DNA of 32,000 nt from Geotalea daltonii FRC-32 (lineage in GTDB: Bacteria; Desulfobacterota; Desulfuromonadia; Geobacterales; Geobacteraceae): the NCBI RefSeq assembly GCF_000022265.1, contig NC_011979.1, positions 2,370,001 to 2,402,000 on the forward strand, in the 5' to 3' direction. Position 1 is the stretch's first letter; every line of letters starts with the position of its first letter. The notes beneath the pieces are model-generated. The model saw nothing but the letters and a program-made list of their open reading frames with translations, ran no database searches and was not told the DNA's origin. Positions 1-7,855 of this stretch are shown piece after piece. The position numbers were made by a program, and so were the translations under genes.

Positions 1-126
1 AACATTGAACTCATCGCTGATAGTACCTTCTGCTGTGACCGGAGTCTCGATTCCGCCAGGTTTCGTCGCGAGTTTAATTATACACCGCCATCCTGGCCTG
101 CAATGATTGAGGGGTTGAATCGATGA
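1..126 (+). CDS. 3' end of a sugar-nucleotide SDR epimerase/reductase (RmlD/FnlB/WbjC-like tail); 5' part lies outside the window
   Basis: Frame 1 is open from base 1 to TGA 124-126 (...CDRSLDSARFRREFNYTPPSWPAMIEGLNR*). The 'LDxxRF...PPSW' tail is typical of RmlD-type reductase C-termini. The stop overlaps the next start (ATGA at 123-126). Confidence 0.5.
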   Translation, partial: NIELIADSTFCCDRSLDSARFRREFNYTPPSWPAMIEGLNR

Positions 127-1250
127 CCATGAAAGTAATGACCATTGTCGGGACCAGACCAGAGATAATCAAGTTGAGCAGAGTCATTGCCGAGCTTGAC
201 CGGCATGTGCAGCATATACTTGTACACTCCGGCCAGAATTATGACTACGAGTTGAATGGTATATTTTTCAATGAGCTTGGAATCAGAAAACCTGACTATT
301 TTCTAGAAGCAGTGGGCCCAACGGTGGCCCACACTATCGGCAACGTTATTGCAAAGGCCGATGAGGTGCTAGAGAAGGAACAACCGGCGGCCCTGCTGTT
401 GCTGGGGGATACCAATAGCTGCTTGGCGGCGATTGCTGCGAAACGGCGGAAGATTCCTATTTTTCATATGGAAGCTGGCAATCGCTGCTTCGATCTGCGC
501 GTTCCCGAGGAAATCAACCGCAAAATAGTAGATCACATAAGCGACATCAACATGACCTACACGGAACATGCTCGCCGATATCTGATGGCAGAGGGGCTGC
601 GTCCTGAAACGGTATTAAAGACAGGTTCCCCTATGAAGGAGGTTCTTGCACATCACCGAGGGCAGATAGACAGCTCCGATGTGCTTAAACGGCTTGAGCT
701 GCAGAAAATGGGATATTTTCTAGTAAGCGCCCACCGTGAAGAAAATGTGGACAGTGAGGCAAATTTCGCTAATCTGCTTGAATCTCTTTCTGCCATTGCA
801 GAGACGTATGATAAGCCGGTCATTGTGTCCACCCATCCGCGTACCAGAAAAAGGCTTGAAGAAAAAGGCACTGCCACTCTTGATAACCGTATTAAGTTCC
901 TTAAGCCCTTAGGTTTTCCGGATTATGTAAAACTGCAGATGAACGCTGCCTGTGTTATTTCAGACAGTGGCACAATTACGGAGGAATCGTCCATCCTTGG
1001 CTTCCCAGCAGTTACAATTCGCCAGGCCCATGAGCGGCCGGAAGGGATGGACGAGGGAACCTTGATAATGTGCGGTCTTGAATCAGAGGCGGTGCTGAAA
1101 GCAATTGAAGTAGTAATGTGTCAGGTTTCAGACTCCAGTCCTTTTAGAATTGTAGAAGATTATGATGTTGATAATGTCTCTCTTAAAGTGCTACGGGTTA
1201 TCCTCAGCTATACCGATTATGTAAACCGAAATGTCTGGAAGAAATGTTAA
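123..1250 (+). CDS. wecB: Non-hydrolysing UDP-N-acetylglucosamine 2-epimerase family protein (FnlC/WbjD/Cap5G-like subgroup)
   Basis: 375-aa ORF. Family hallmarks are present: MTIVGTRPEIIKLSRV, SGQNYDYELNGIFF, HMEAGNRCFD and SDSGTITEES. ATGA overlap with the upstream ORF. Confidence 0.85.
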   Translation: MTMKVMTIVGTRPEIIKLSRVIAELDRHVQHILVHSGQNYDYELNGIFFNELGIRKPDYFLEAVGPTVAHTIGNVIAKADEVLEKEQPAALLLLGDTNSCLAAIAAKRRKIPIFHMEAGNRCFDLRVPEEINRKIVDHISDINMTYTEHARRYLMAEGLRPETVLKTGSPMKEVLAHHRGQIDSSDVLKRLELQKMGYFLVSAHREENVDSEANFANLLESLSAIAETYDKPVIVSTHPRTRKRLEEKGTATLDNRIKFLKPLGFPDYVKLQMNAACVISDSGTITEESSILGFPAVTIRQAHERPEGMDEGTLIMCGLESEAVLKAIEVVMCQVSDSSPFRIVEDYDVDNVSLKVLRVILSYTDYVNRNVWKKC

Positions 1251-1265
1251 GAGTGGCTGAGAATC

Positions 1266-2456
1266 ATGCGTATTGCCTTAATCACTGATGCTTTTCCGCC
1301 GCTCCGATCATCAGGGGCCGTTCAGTTGCGGGACTTATCCTTGGAGTTTGCCAAGCAGGGGCATGAGATCACAACGCTGGTAGCGGCCCCTGAACTGGAA
1401 GAGGATTGGCGTATTGAGACATGGAATGATGTTCGCATCGCCCGCTTGAAATCTCCCAAGACCAAGGACATAGGCTACGTACGGCGTACGATCGGAGAGT
1501 TCCGCATGCCGTTCTCGATGCTGCACAACTTTCGTAAGTGTCCACTGGCGAATGAACATTGGGATGGTGTTGTTTGGTATTCCCCTACAATTTTCTTGGG
1601 ACCCTTTGCAAACGCACTGAAGCAATTAAGTAAATGCAGAAGTTATCTCATCATCCGCGATATTTTTCCTGAGTGGGCAGTCGATATGGGCCTTATGGGC
1701 AGAGGGCTGCCCTATAGGTTCTTCAAATTGATTGCGAACTACCAGTACTCTATTGCTGATGTCATAGGGGCACAGACCTTTGGAAATCTGACCTATTTTA
1801 CTGACTGGGCTTCTCGGCCTGGCCGCCGTGTTGAGGTTTTGCAAAACTGGCTGAGCGATGTGCCTAATTCGGGATGCAGCATCAGGATTTGTGACACCTC
1901 GTTGGCCGGTCGAAAGATTTTTGTCTATGCTGGCAATATGGGCGTGGCGCAAGGCATGGGGATTTTGCTGAACCTTGCTGAAAGTTTAGTGAGTAGAAAA
2001 GACATCGGTTTTCTCTTTGTTGGGCGTGGTAGTGATGCTCAACGGTTGCGCCGTGATGCTTTAACACGTGGGTTAGATAACGTGGTTTTTTTTGACGAGA
2101 TTGACCCCGATGAGATTACTGGTCTGTACGCTCAATGCCATGTGGGGATGGTTGCATTGGACCCTCGCCATAAGACCCACAATATACCAGGCAAATTTGT
2201 ATCTTATATGCAATCCGGTCTGCCGGTGCTCGCCAGAATAAATCCAGGCAATGATTTGTGTCTTTTGATAGAGAAAGAGCATGTCGGCCGCGTTTGTACC
2301 GCCACATCAGTTGATTCGCTCGGATCAATGGCACAGGCTTTGGTTACCGACATTGCCAAAGATGATGGTTTTAAGAACCGCTGCAAAGCCTTGGCCGCAA
2401 GATTGTTTTCTCCAGAGATTGCAGTCAGGCAGATTGTCGAGGCGCTGCGAGCATGA
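1266..2456 (+). CDS. GT-B fold glycosyltransferase, family 4 (WbuB/WbjE-like by sequence feel and context)
   Basis: 396-aa ORF. N-terminus is MRIALITDAFPPLRSSGAVQLRDLSLEFAKQGHEIT. The C-terminal half has GNMGVAQGM...NIPGKFVSYMQSGLPVLA. It sits between an fnlC-like and a wbuC-like gene. Confidence 0.75.
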   Translation: MRIALITDAFPPLRSSGAVQLRDLSLEFAKQGHEITTLVAAPELEEDWRIETWNDVRIARLKSPKTKDIGYVRRTIGEFRMPFSMLHNFRKCPLANEHWDGVVWYSPTIFLGPFANALKQLSKCRSYLIIRDIFPEWAVDMGLMGRGLPYRFFKLIANYQYSIADVIGAQTFGNLTYFTDWASRPGRRVEVLQNWLSDVPNSGCSIRICDTSLAGRKIFVYAGNMGVAQGMGILLNLAESLVSRKDIGFLFVGRGSDAQRLRRDALTRGLDNVVFFDEIDPDEITGLYAQCHVGMVALDPRHKTHNIPGKFVSYMQSGLPVLARINPGNDLCLLIEKEHVGRVCTATSVDSLGSMAQALVTDIAKDDGFKNRCKALAARLFSPEIAVRQIVEALRA

Positions 2457-2950
2457 CAGTCACACGATTTTCACATGAATATCTTGGAATTACGATCGAC
2501 AAAGCAAAACACTCACCACGTTTGAGGCATCACTGTAATATTCATCAGAGCTATGACGACCCTTGCCAGCGTTTATTCAATGCGATCGGCATGGGCAGTT
2601 ATATTCGACCCCATCGGCACTCATGGGACCCTAAAGCTGAATGCCTTGTGGCAGTTCTTGGGCTATTTGCATTAGTGACGTTTGACGACGATGGGTCTGT
2701 TTACGAAGTTGTTCGCTTTGGCACGGAAAAATATGGACAAGCTGAAGACCTGAGCGTTGGAGTCGAATTGCCTTCTGGAACTTGGCACACAGTCATTGCC
2801 TTGGTGCCGGATTCGGTGTTACTTGAGTTGAAAGCTGGACCATTTGATGCTAAGGCGGCAAAGGAGCCTGCTCTGTGGGCACCTATGGAGGGTTCGCCTG
2901 AAGCTAGTTTCTATCTACATTATCTCTTTCGTTTAGTCCATAGTTCTTGA
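2453..2950 (+). CDS. wbuC: WbuC-family cupin-fold protein
   Basis: 165 aa. KAKHSPRLRHHCNIHQSYDDPCQRLFNAIGMGSYIRPHRH...ECLVAVLGLFALVTFDDDGSV matches the WbuC cupin signature. ATGA overlap with the preceding glycosyltransferase (2453-2456). Confidence 0.75.
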   Translation: MTVTRFSHEYLGITIDKAKHSPRLRHHCNIHQSYDDPCQRLFNAIGMGSYIRPHRHSWDPKAECLVAVLGLFALVTFDDDGSVYEVVRFGTEKYGQAEDLSVGVELPSGTWHTVIALVPDSVLLELKAGPFDAKAAKEPALWAPMEGSPEASFYLHYLFRLVHSS

Positions 2951-2960
2951 CGGGGAACAC

Positions 2961-4631
2961 ATGCCGTTGACCACTTATTTTTACATATTTATCTCCGCTC
3001 TGATGACTTCCGTTATTCTTATCCCCCCCATCTCTCGCCTTGCTATCCGGGTTGGTGGCATAGATAAACCTGATGAACGCAAGGTGCATTGCGATGAGAC
3101 TCCCCGTCTTGGTGGAATTGCTATTTTCAGTGCATTTCTATTTTCAACACTGTTCTTCTGCGATATTGATCGGCAAATAAAAGGGTTCCTTTCCGGAGCC
3201 GTGATAATTTTCCTTACTGGTTTGGCCGATGACCTGACAAATCTTTCTCCAAAGCAAAAATTCCTTGGTGAAATCATTGCGGCAGCAGTGGCTGTTATTG
3301 TTGGCGGGCTTGAACTTTCTTCCTTGGGAAACCCTTTTGGCCTGGGACAAATAACTCTGGGGCCACTCGCCATTCCGTTTACTATCTTTGCTGTGGTTGG
3401 GGTCACTAATGCAGTCAATCTTCTTGACGGACTAGATGGTTTGGCTGCCGGCGGGACTGCCATTGCTTGTCTGGCGTTTGGTACCCTTGCCTATCAGACT
3501 GGCAATCATTCTTTGCTTGCGCTGGATGCCGCCCTCCTTGCGGCTATTGTGGGTTTTCTCCGCTACAACACCTACCCGGCTACAATTTTCATGGGGGATT
3601 CAGGAAGTCTCTTCCTTGGTTACTGCATGGGAATTTTTTCAGTTATGCTTGTTACGACCGCTGCTGCTGAAATTTCAGTATTTGTACCGCTTGTTGTCCT
3701 CGCAGTTCCTATTATCGACACATTGGTTGTGATGTCCAACAGGCTGTTTAAGGGCAAGAAGATTTTTTCACCTGACAAGTCGCATATCCATCACAGGCTG
3801 CTTGATCTGGGCATTGGGCATAAATATTGTGTCATTCTGGTATATGGCATTAGCTATTTTCTAAGCCTGTTTGCTGTAGTTTGTTATAGATTCCCAGAAT
3901 ATGTTCTTGTCACTGTTTTGATTGTTGGAGCGACTTTTTTTTATATTGTGGTGAATCTTATCTGTCGCAAAAAAATAGCCGAACGCATTGAATTGAAAAG
4001 CAACCAGCCCATTAGGGAAACACGGACCTATCGGCGGATGGTTGAGTTTTCGCAACGCTTATTGGTATTGTTAAAATATTTGCTCTTGACGATTCTAATC
4101 CTTGCTCTGTTTACACCCTCCGGCAATAATCCGAAGGTTATTTTCACGGCAAGTTTATTACTGCTGCTGTTTGCTATCCTTTTGTTGCTCATGAAGGATA
4201 AGGAGGACATGTTCCTCCATTTCGCTCTCTATTTGAATGGGGCATTTGTTATCTTCATCATGGAAAATCTCGGCAGAGAGACGACCCTGCTTGGTATTCC
4301 ATTGCTTACCATTTCCAATCATCTTTTCTTTTCTCTACTGGCTGTTGAGGGAGCCAAGATCTTCCTGCGGAAGCGGACAGATTATCTTATCAGCAACCCA
4401 TTCGAATATCTGATTCTCCTCATAGTTATTGCTGTTCCACTTTTGCCGACCGATTTCACCAGTCGGTATCACCTGCTTACCGTTGCTGCAAAGTCGGTTA
4501 TTATGTTTGTCGCCTACAGGCTGGTTCTCCTGCGTCAGGTCAGCAAGAACAAGAAAATTGTCTTTGCCACATTCATTGCCTTAATCATCTTTATTGCAAA
4601 ATATCTCATGTCTAATGATTTTCAATTGTGA
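2961..4631 (+). CDS. Polyprenyl-phosphate HexNAc-1-phosphate transferase (MraY/WecA/WbpL family) with about 220 aa of extra C-terminal polytopic membrane domain
   Basis: 556 aa. Motifs LTGLADDLTNLSPKQKF, NAVNLLDGLDGLAAG, FMGDSGSLFLGY and SHIHHRLLDLG lie in the first ~330 aa. The remainder consists of hydrophobic helices. Confidence 0.8.
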   Translation: MPLTTYFYIFISALMTSVILIPPISRLAIRVGGIDKPDERKVHCDETPRLGGIAIFSAFLFSTLFFCDIDRQIKGFLSGAVIIFLTGLADDLTNLSPKQKFLGEIIAAAVAVIVGGLELSSLGNPFGLGQITLGPLAIPFTIFAVVGVTNAVNLLDGLDGLAAGGTAIACLAFGTLAYQTGNHSLLALDAALLAAIVGFLRYNTYPATIFMGDSGSLFLGYCMGIFSVMLVTTAAAEISVFVPLVVLAVPIIDTLVVMSNRLFKGKKIFSPDKSHIHHRLLDLGIGHKYCVILVYGISYFLSLFAVVCYRFPEYVLVTVLIVGATFFYIVVNLICRKKIAERIELKSNQPIRETRTYRRMVEFSQRLLVLLKYLLLTILILALFTPSGNNPKVIFTASLLLLLFAILLLLMKDKEDMFLHFALYLNGAFVIFIMENLGRETTLLGIPLLTISNHLFFSLLAVEGAKIFLRKRTDYLISNPFEYLILLIVIAVPLLPTDFTSRYHLLTVAAKSVIMFVAYRLVLLRQVSKNKKIVFATFIALIIFIAKYLMSNDFQL

Positions 4632-4698
4632 ATGGAATCGGCTATATCAAAAGCTGACATCAAAAATGCTGATTCGGTGATGAAGATCGCAGGTGTTC

Positions 4699-6372
4699 AT
4701 GTCTGGTAAATTTTATTTTTGCAATCTCTGGTTGTTCTGCGCCCTGATATCAGCAGGTTATTGTCTGGTCGGCACTGCACCTAGTGCCTGGGCTCTTTCA
4801 TCTTCCAATATCCCCCTCGATAGCCCCATCTATTCCTACCTGGAAAAGCTTGGTGGTCTTGGTTTGATAAAAAGCGATGTAAAAGGCATCAGGCCTTTTT
4901 CCAAGGCTGAAGCTGCAAGGCTCGTGCTCGAAGCGGAAGGGAACCTTACTGCCGCCGACGTAGGCCAACAGCCTTTTGCAAATGAACTGATCGCCCGCAT
5001 TCATGATCTGATCCCCCGTGAGATATCGCTGCGTAAAAATCCTGATCAAAAGCCGCCGGTTCTCGACCACAATCTGATCTCCTCCCTGCGTTTCCGCTAT
5101 GTCTACCTGGATGGTACATCGCGCAACTATGAGCGTCCAGTCCATGATCCCGGCGATGACGGTGTCTTCGGCCTTGGCTCAGGGTTGCGACCGATAAATC
5201 CTTACCCATCGCCTGCCCAGCAGCGTGGGGCCGAGGGGACGCCGCTTCTTGAAAACAACAACGGCGTTATTTACCGTGACGGCAGCAATGGCGAGCTTCG
5301 TTGGGCGGCGGAGGCCTATCTGAGTGATAAGGTGACCGGTCTCATTGAACCGTCCATTCTCATCGGGGATGATAATCGGATCAGGATGAATCGCGGTTAC
5401 GTCAAGCTTGGAGGCGGCGGCATCGAGCTTGAGTTTGGCAAGGACGAGAACTGGCTTGGCCAAGGCTATCGCGGCAATATTACCCTTACCAGTAATGCCG
5501 AAAACTTTACCCTTGTAAAACTGTCAAGCCCGGAGCCGGTGCGTGTCGGGTGGCTTTCGTGGCTAGGTGATCTTAAGTATGCCCTTATCGCGTCACGGTT
5601 CGACAAGACCAATACCGGCGGAGTAGAGCGTCAGCCATGGTTTTACGCACTGAAGCTGGTATCGAAGCCGACCGACAATCTGGAGATTGGTTTCAACCTG
5701 GGCCGGCAAGTTGGGGGGCCTGGCGTTAAGAGCGGCACCGGCGATACTTTACGTGGGTTGATCGGTGGCACCAGTGCCGACAATTCCAATGGAATGGCTG
5801 GCTTCGAACTTCGCTATCGCATGCCATGGCTGCGCAACACGGAACTATACGGGGAGTTTTCAGGCGAGGATACCGCTTCATTCTGGCCTATAGTTGAGAG
5901 CTATGTGGCCGGCTTTTATATCCCCCGCCTGACGGGTGACGGCAGGAATGATTTCCGCTTCGAGTTTTTCCAGGGCAACCAGATCCTCTATACCAACGGC
6001 ACCTTTCCGGAGGGGTATCTTTACAAAGGGCTGCCCATCGGACATTCCCAAGGCGGGGCCGTTCAGGACTTCTTTGCCCGCTATAGTCATTGGTTTTCCG
6101 TACGCAACAACCTTGCCCTCGAATACATCTTCACCCAACGGGGCAACCTGGGGCGGGTGAAGGTGGACAGTTCCGGTAACTTTGATGCCAACGGGACCCT
6201 GCAGGCGGTGGAACGGAAGCACGCAGGAAGAATCCACTGGCGGTTGCCCATCTACGGCGATATGGATGCCGAGCTGACCTATGGGTATGAGCGGATCAGC
6301 AACTTTGACCTTGTCCCAGGGGCAGGCAGGAAGAATCAGCTCTTTGTTGCGGAAATAACCTATCGATATTGA
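4699..6372 (+). CDS. Capsule-assembly Wzi-family outer-membrane protein
   Basis: The ORF track starts at GTG 4693; ATG 4699 gives MSGKFYFCNLWLFCALISAGYCLVGTAPSAWA, a signal peptide. LDSPIYSYLEKLGGLGLIKSDVKGIRPFSKAEAARLVLEAE is the Wzi N-terminal signature. The body is Gly/aromatic-rich with alternating beta-barrel-like character and ends ...EITYRY. Confidence 0.7.
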   Translation: MSGKFYFCNLWLFCALISAGYCLVGTAPSAWALSSSNIPLDSPIYSYLEKLGGLGLIKSDVKGIRPFSKAEAARLVLEAEGNLTAADVGQQPFANELIARIHDLIPREISLRKNPDQKPPVLDHNLISSLRFRYVYLDGTSRNYERPVHDPGDDGVFGLGSGLRPINPYPSPAQQRGAEGTPLLENNNGVIYRDGSNGELRWAAEAYLSDKVTGLIEPSILIGDDNRIRMNRGYVKLGGGGIELEFGKDENWLGQGYRGNITLTSNAENFTLVKLSSPEPVRVGWLSWLGDLKYALIASRFDKTNTGGVERQPWFYALKLVSKPTDNLEIGFNLGRQVGGPGVKSGTGDTLRGLIGGTSADNSNGMAGFELRYRMPWLRNTELYGEFSGEDTASFWPIVESYVAGFYIPRLTGDGRNDFRFEFFQGNQILYTNGTFPEGYLYKGLPIGHSQGGAVQDFFARYSHWFSVRNNLALEYIFTQRGNLGRVKVDSSGNFDANGTLQAVERKHAGRIHWRLPIYGDMDAELTYGYERISNFDLVPGAGRKNQLFVAEITYRY

Positions 6373-6378
6373 ATGGGC

Positions 6379-6485
6379 AGTGATTGGTGACAGGGTGAAG
6401 AGTCAAGAGTGAACAGTGAACAGTGAACAGTGAACAGTTTTTTAACCTCGAACCTCGAACCTCGAACATAGAACATAGAACTGAG
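6379..6485 (+). repeat. Heptamer-periodic intergenic array A: AGTGATT GGTGACA GGGTGAAG AGTCAAG (AGTGAAC)x4 / T6 / (AACCTCG)x3 (AACATAG)x2 AACTGAG
   Basis: Read directly. AGTGAAC occurs at 6408, 6415, 6422 and 6429. T6 is at 6438-6443. AACCTCG occurs at 6444, 6451 and 6458. AACATAG occurs at 6465 and 6472. Confidence 0.9.
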
Positions 6486-6526
6486 AAGGATGAGAAGTGA
6501 TTCCTCAGCAATGGAACCCATATTTT

Positions 6527-6563
6527 GCTTGCAAATCGAAACCCTGGGTTGTAATCTGCAAGC
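6527..6563 (+). promoter_or_regulatory. Imperfect 10-bp inverted repeat (GCTTGCAAAT ... ATCTGCAAGC) abutting the ATG of the AAA ATPase gene; possible operator or translation-occluding hairpin
   Basis: 6527-6536 pairs with 6554-6563 at 9 of 10 positions around a 17-nt loop. The right arm ends one base before ATG 6564. No obvious Shine-Dalgarno sequence. Confidence 0.3.
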
Positions 6564-7715
6564 ATGATTGAGCGATTTAAATATGCGGCGGTGATGAAGT
6601 CGGTGCAAACGTTTCCGGTCACCGCGCTTTTGGGGCCGCGCCAGGTAGGCAAAACCACGCTTGCCAAGCAGTTGGCCGGGCAGTATGGTGGCTCCACCAT
6701 CTATCTCGATCTGGAACTCCCTTCCGATCTTAACAAACTGCAATCACCGGAATTATACCTGCGGGAACATAGCGATGCACTGATCATTATTGACGAGATC
6801 CAGCGTAAACCGGAGCTCTTTGCCCTACTGAGGGCATTGGTTGATCAGGAACGACGTCCTGGACGTTTTATGATTCTCGGATCAGCCTCACCTGATCTCA
6901 TGCGTCATGCGTCGGAAAGCCTTGCCGGACGTGTTGTCTATCATGAGTTACCACCCCTTTGTCTCACAGAAACCGGTTCCGACAGTATCCGTAAACTATG
7001 GTTGCGTGGTGGCTATCCCAACAGCTTCCTTGCCGGATCTGATGCTGAAAGCCACCAATGGCGGCAAGCCTTTATTGCCACATATCTGGAGCGGGACATT
7101 CCCCAGCTTGGCGTACGTATTCCTGCAGCACAACTGGGCCGTTTCTGGACAATGTTGGCGCACCTGAATGGGCAACTCTGGAATGCCAGCCACATCGCTG
7201 CCGGCATGGGGCTCTCATCGACGACTATGCGGCATTACCTCGATGTTCTTGAGGATACGTTCATTATCCGGCAACTGAAACCGTGGTTCGCAAATACCGG
7301 TAAACGTCTGACCAAGGCACCGAAAATATATTTGCGAGACACAGGATTGCTCCATAGCTTACTGCAACTGGGTACTGAGGATCTCTTGATGAGCCATCCT
7401 GGTGTTGGCAGCTCGTGGGAGGGATTCGTGATCGAGCAGATACTGGCTACGCTCCCTGATGGCTATCAGTCTTTTTTCTATCGCACAAACGCTGGTGCAG
7501 AAATAGACATGATTCTCGCCGATGGGAAGAAAAAGATCGCAGTCGAGGTAAAATATTCCGCCACCCCTAAAGTGTCAAAGGGCTTTTGGTTTGCTTTCAA
7601 AGATCTAGGCTGTCACAAGGGGTATGTAGTATATCCGGGCAGAGACCGCTATCCGATCGGGGAGGGTGTCGAAGCATTGCCGGCTGTGGAACTTTCTGAA
7701 ATTGTCAATCAGTGA
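6564..7715 (+). CDS. AAA+ ATP-binding protein, AAA_14 + DUF4143 architecture
   Basis: 383 aa. Walker A is LLGPRQVGKTTLAKQL and Walker B is ALIIIDEIQ. The DUF4143-type C-terminal half has FWTMLAHLNGQLWNASHIAAGMGLSSTTMRHYLDVLEDTFIIRQLKPWFANTGKRLTKAPKIYLRDTGLLHSLL. Confidence 0.8.
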   Translation: MIERFKYAAVMKSVQTFPVTALLGPRQVGKTTLAKQLAGQYGGSTIYLDLELPSDLNKLQSPELYLREHSDALIIIDEIQRKPELFALLRALVDQERRPGRFMILGSASPDLMRHASESLAGRVVYHELPPLCLTETGSDSIRKLWLRGGYPNSFLAGSDAESHQWRQAFIATYLERDIPQLGVRIPAAQLGRFWTMLAHLNGQLWNASHIAAGMGLSSTTMRHYLDVLEDTFIIRQLKPWFANTGKRLTKAPKIYLRDTGLLHSLLQLGTEDLLMSHPGVGSSWEGFVIEQILATLPDGYQSFFYRTNAGAEIDMILADGKKKIAVEVKYSATPKVSKGFWFAFKDLGCHKGYVVYPGRDRYPIGEGVEALPAVELSEIVNQ

Positions 7716-7841
7716 TTGGTGATTGGTGATTGGTGATTGGTGATTGGTGAGGATAACCTTAAAAGCCTTAACCACGAATAACTCGAATGAACACGAATAA
7801 AGACAAGAGAAAGTGACAATAACTTCGAACGTAGAACTGTT
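7711..7841 (+). repeat. Heptamer-periodic array B: AGTGATT (GGTGATT)x4 GGTGAGG, then a degenerate A-rich spacer with CACGAATAA x2, then AACTTCG AACGTAG AACTGTT
   Basis: Read directly. The left arm is 7711-7752, and the stop codon of the upstream gene (7713-7715) lies inside its first unit. CACGAATAA is at 7773-7781 and 7792-7800. The right arm is 7821-7841. Confidence 0.9.
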
Positions 7842-7855
7842 TCACAGGAGACAAA

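Noticed and set aside
6296-6743. Minus-strand ORFs of 134 and 127 aa spanning the wzi end, array A and the ATPase start
   Set aside because: They exist only because the reverse complement of the heptamer arrays is stop-free. They overlap two confidently called + strand genes and have low-complexity translations.
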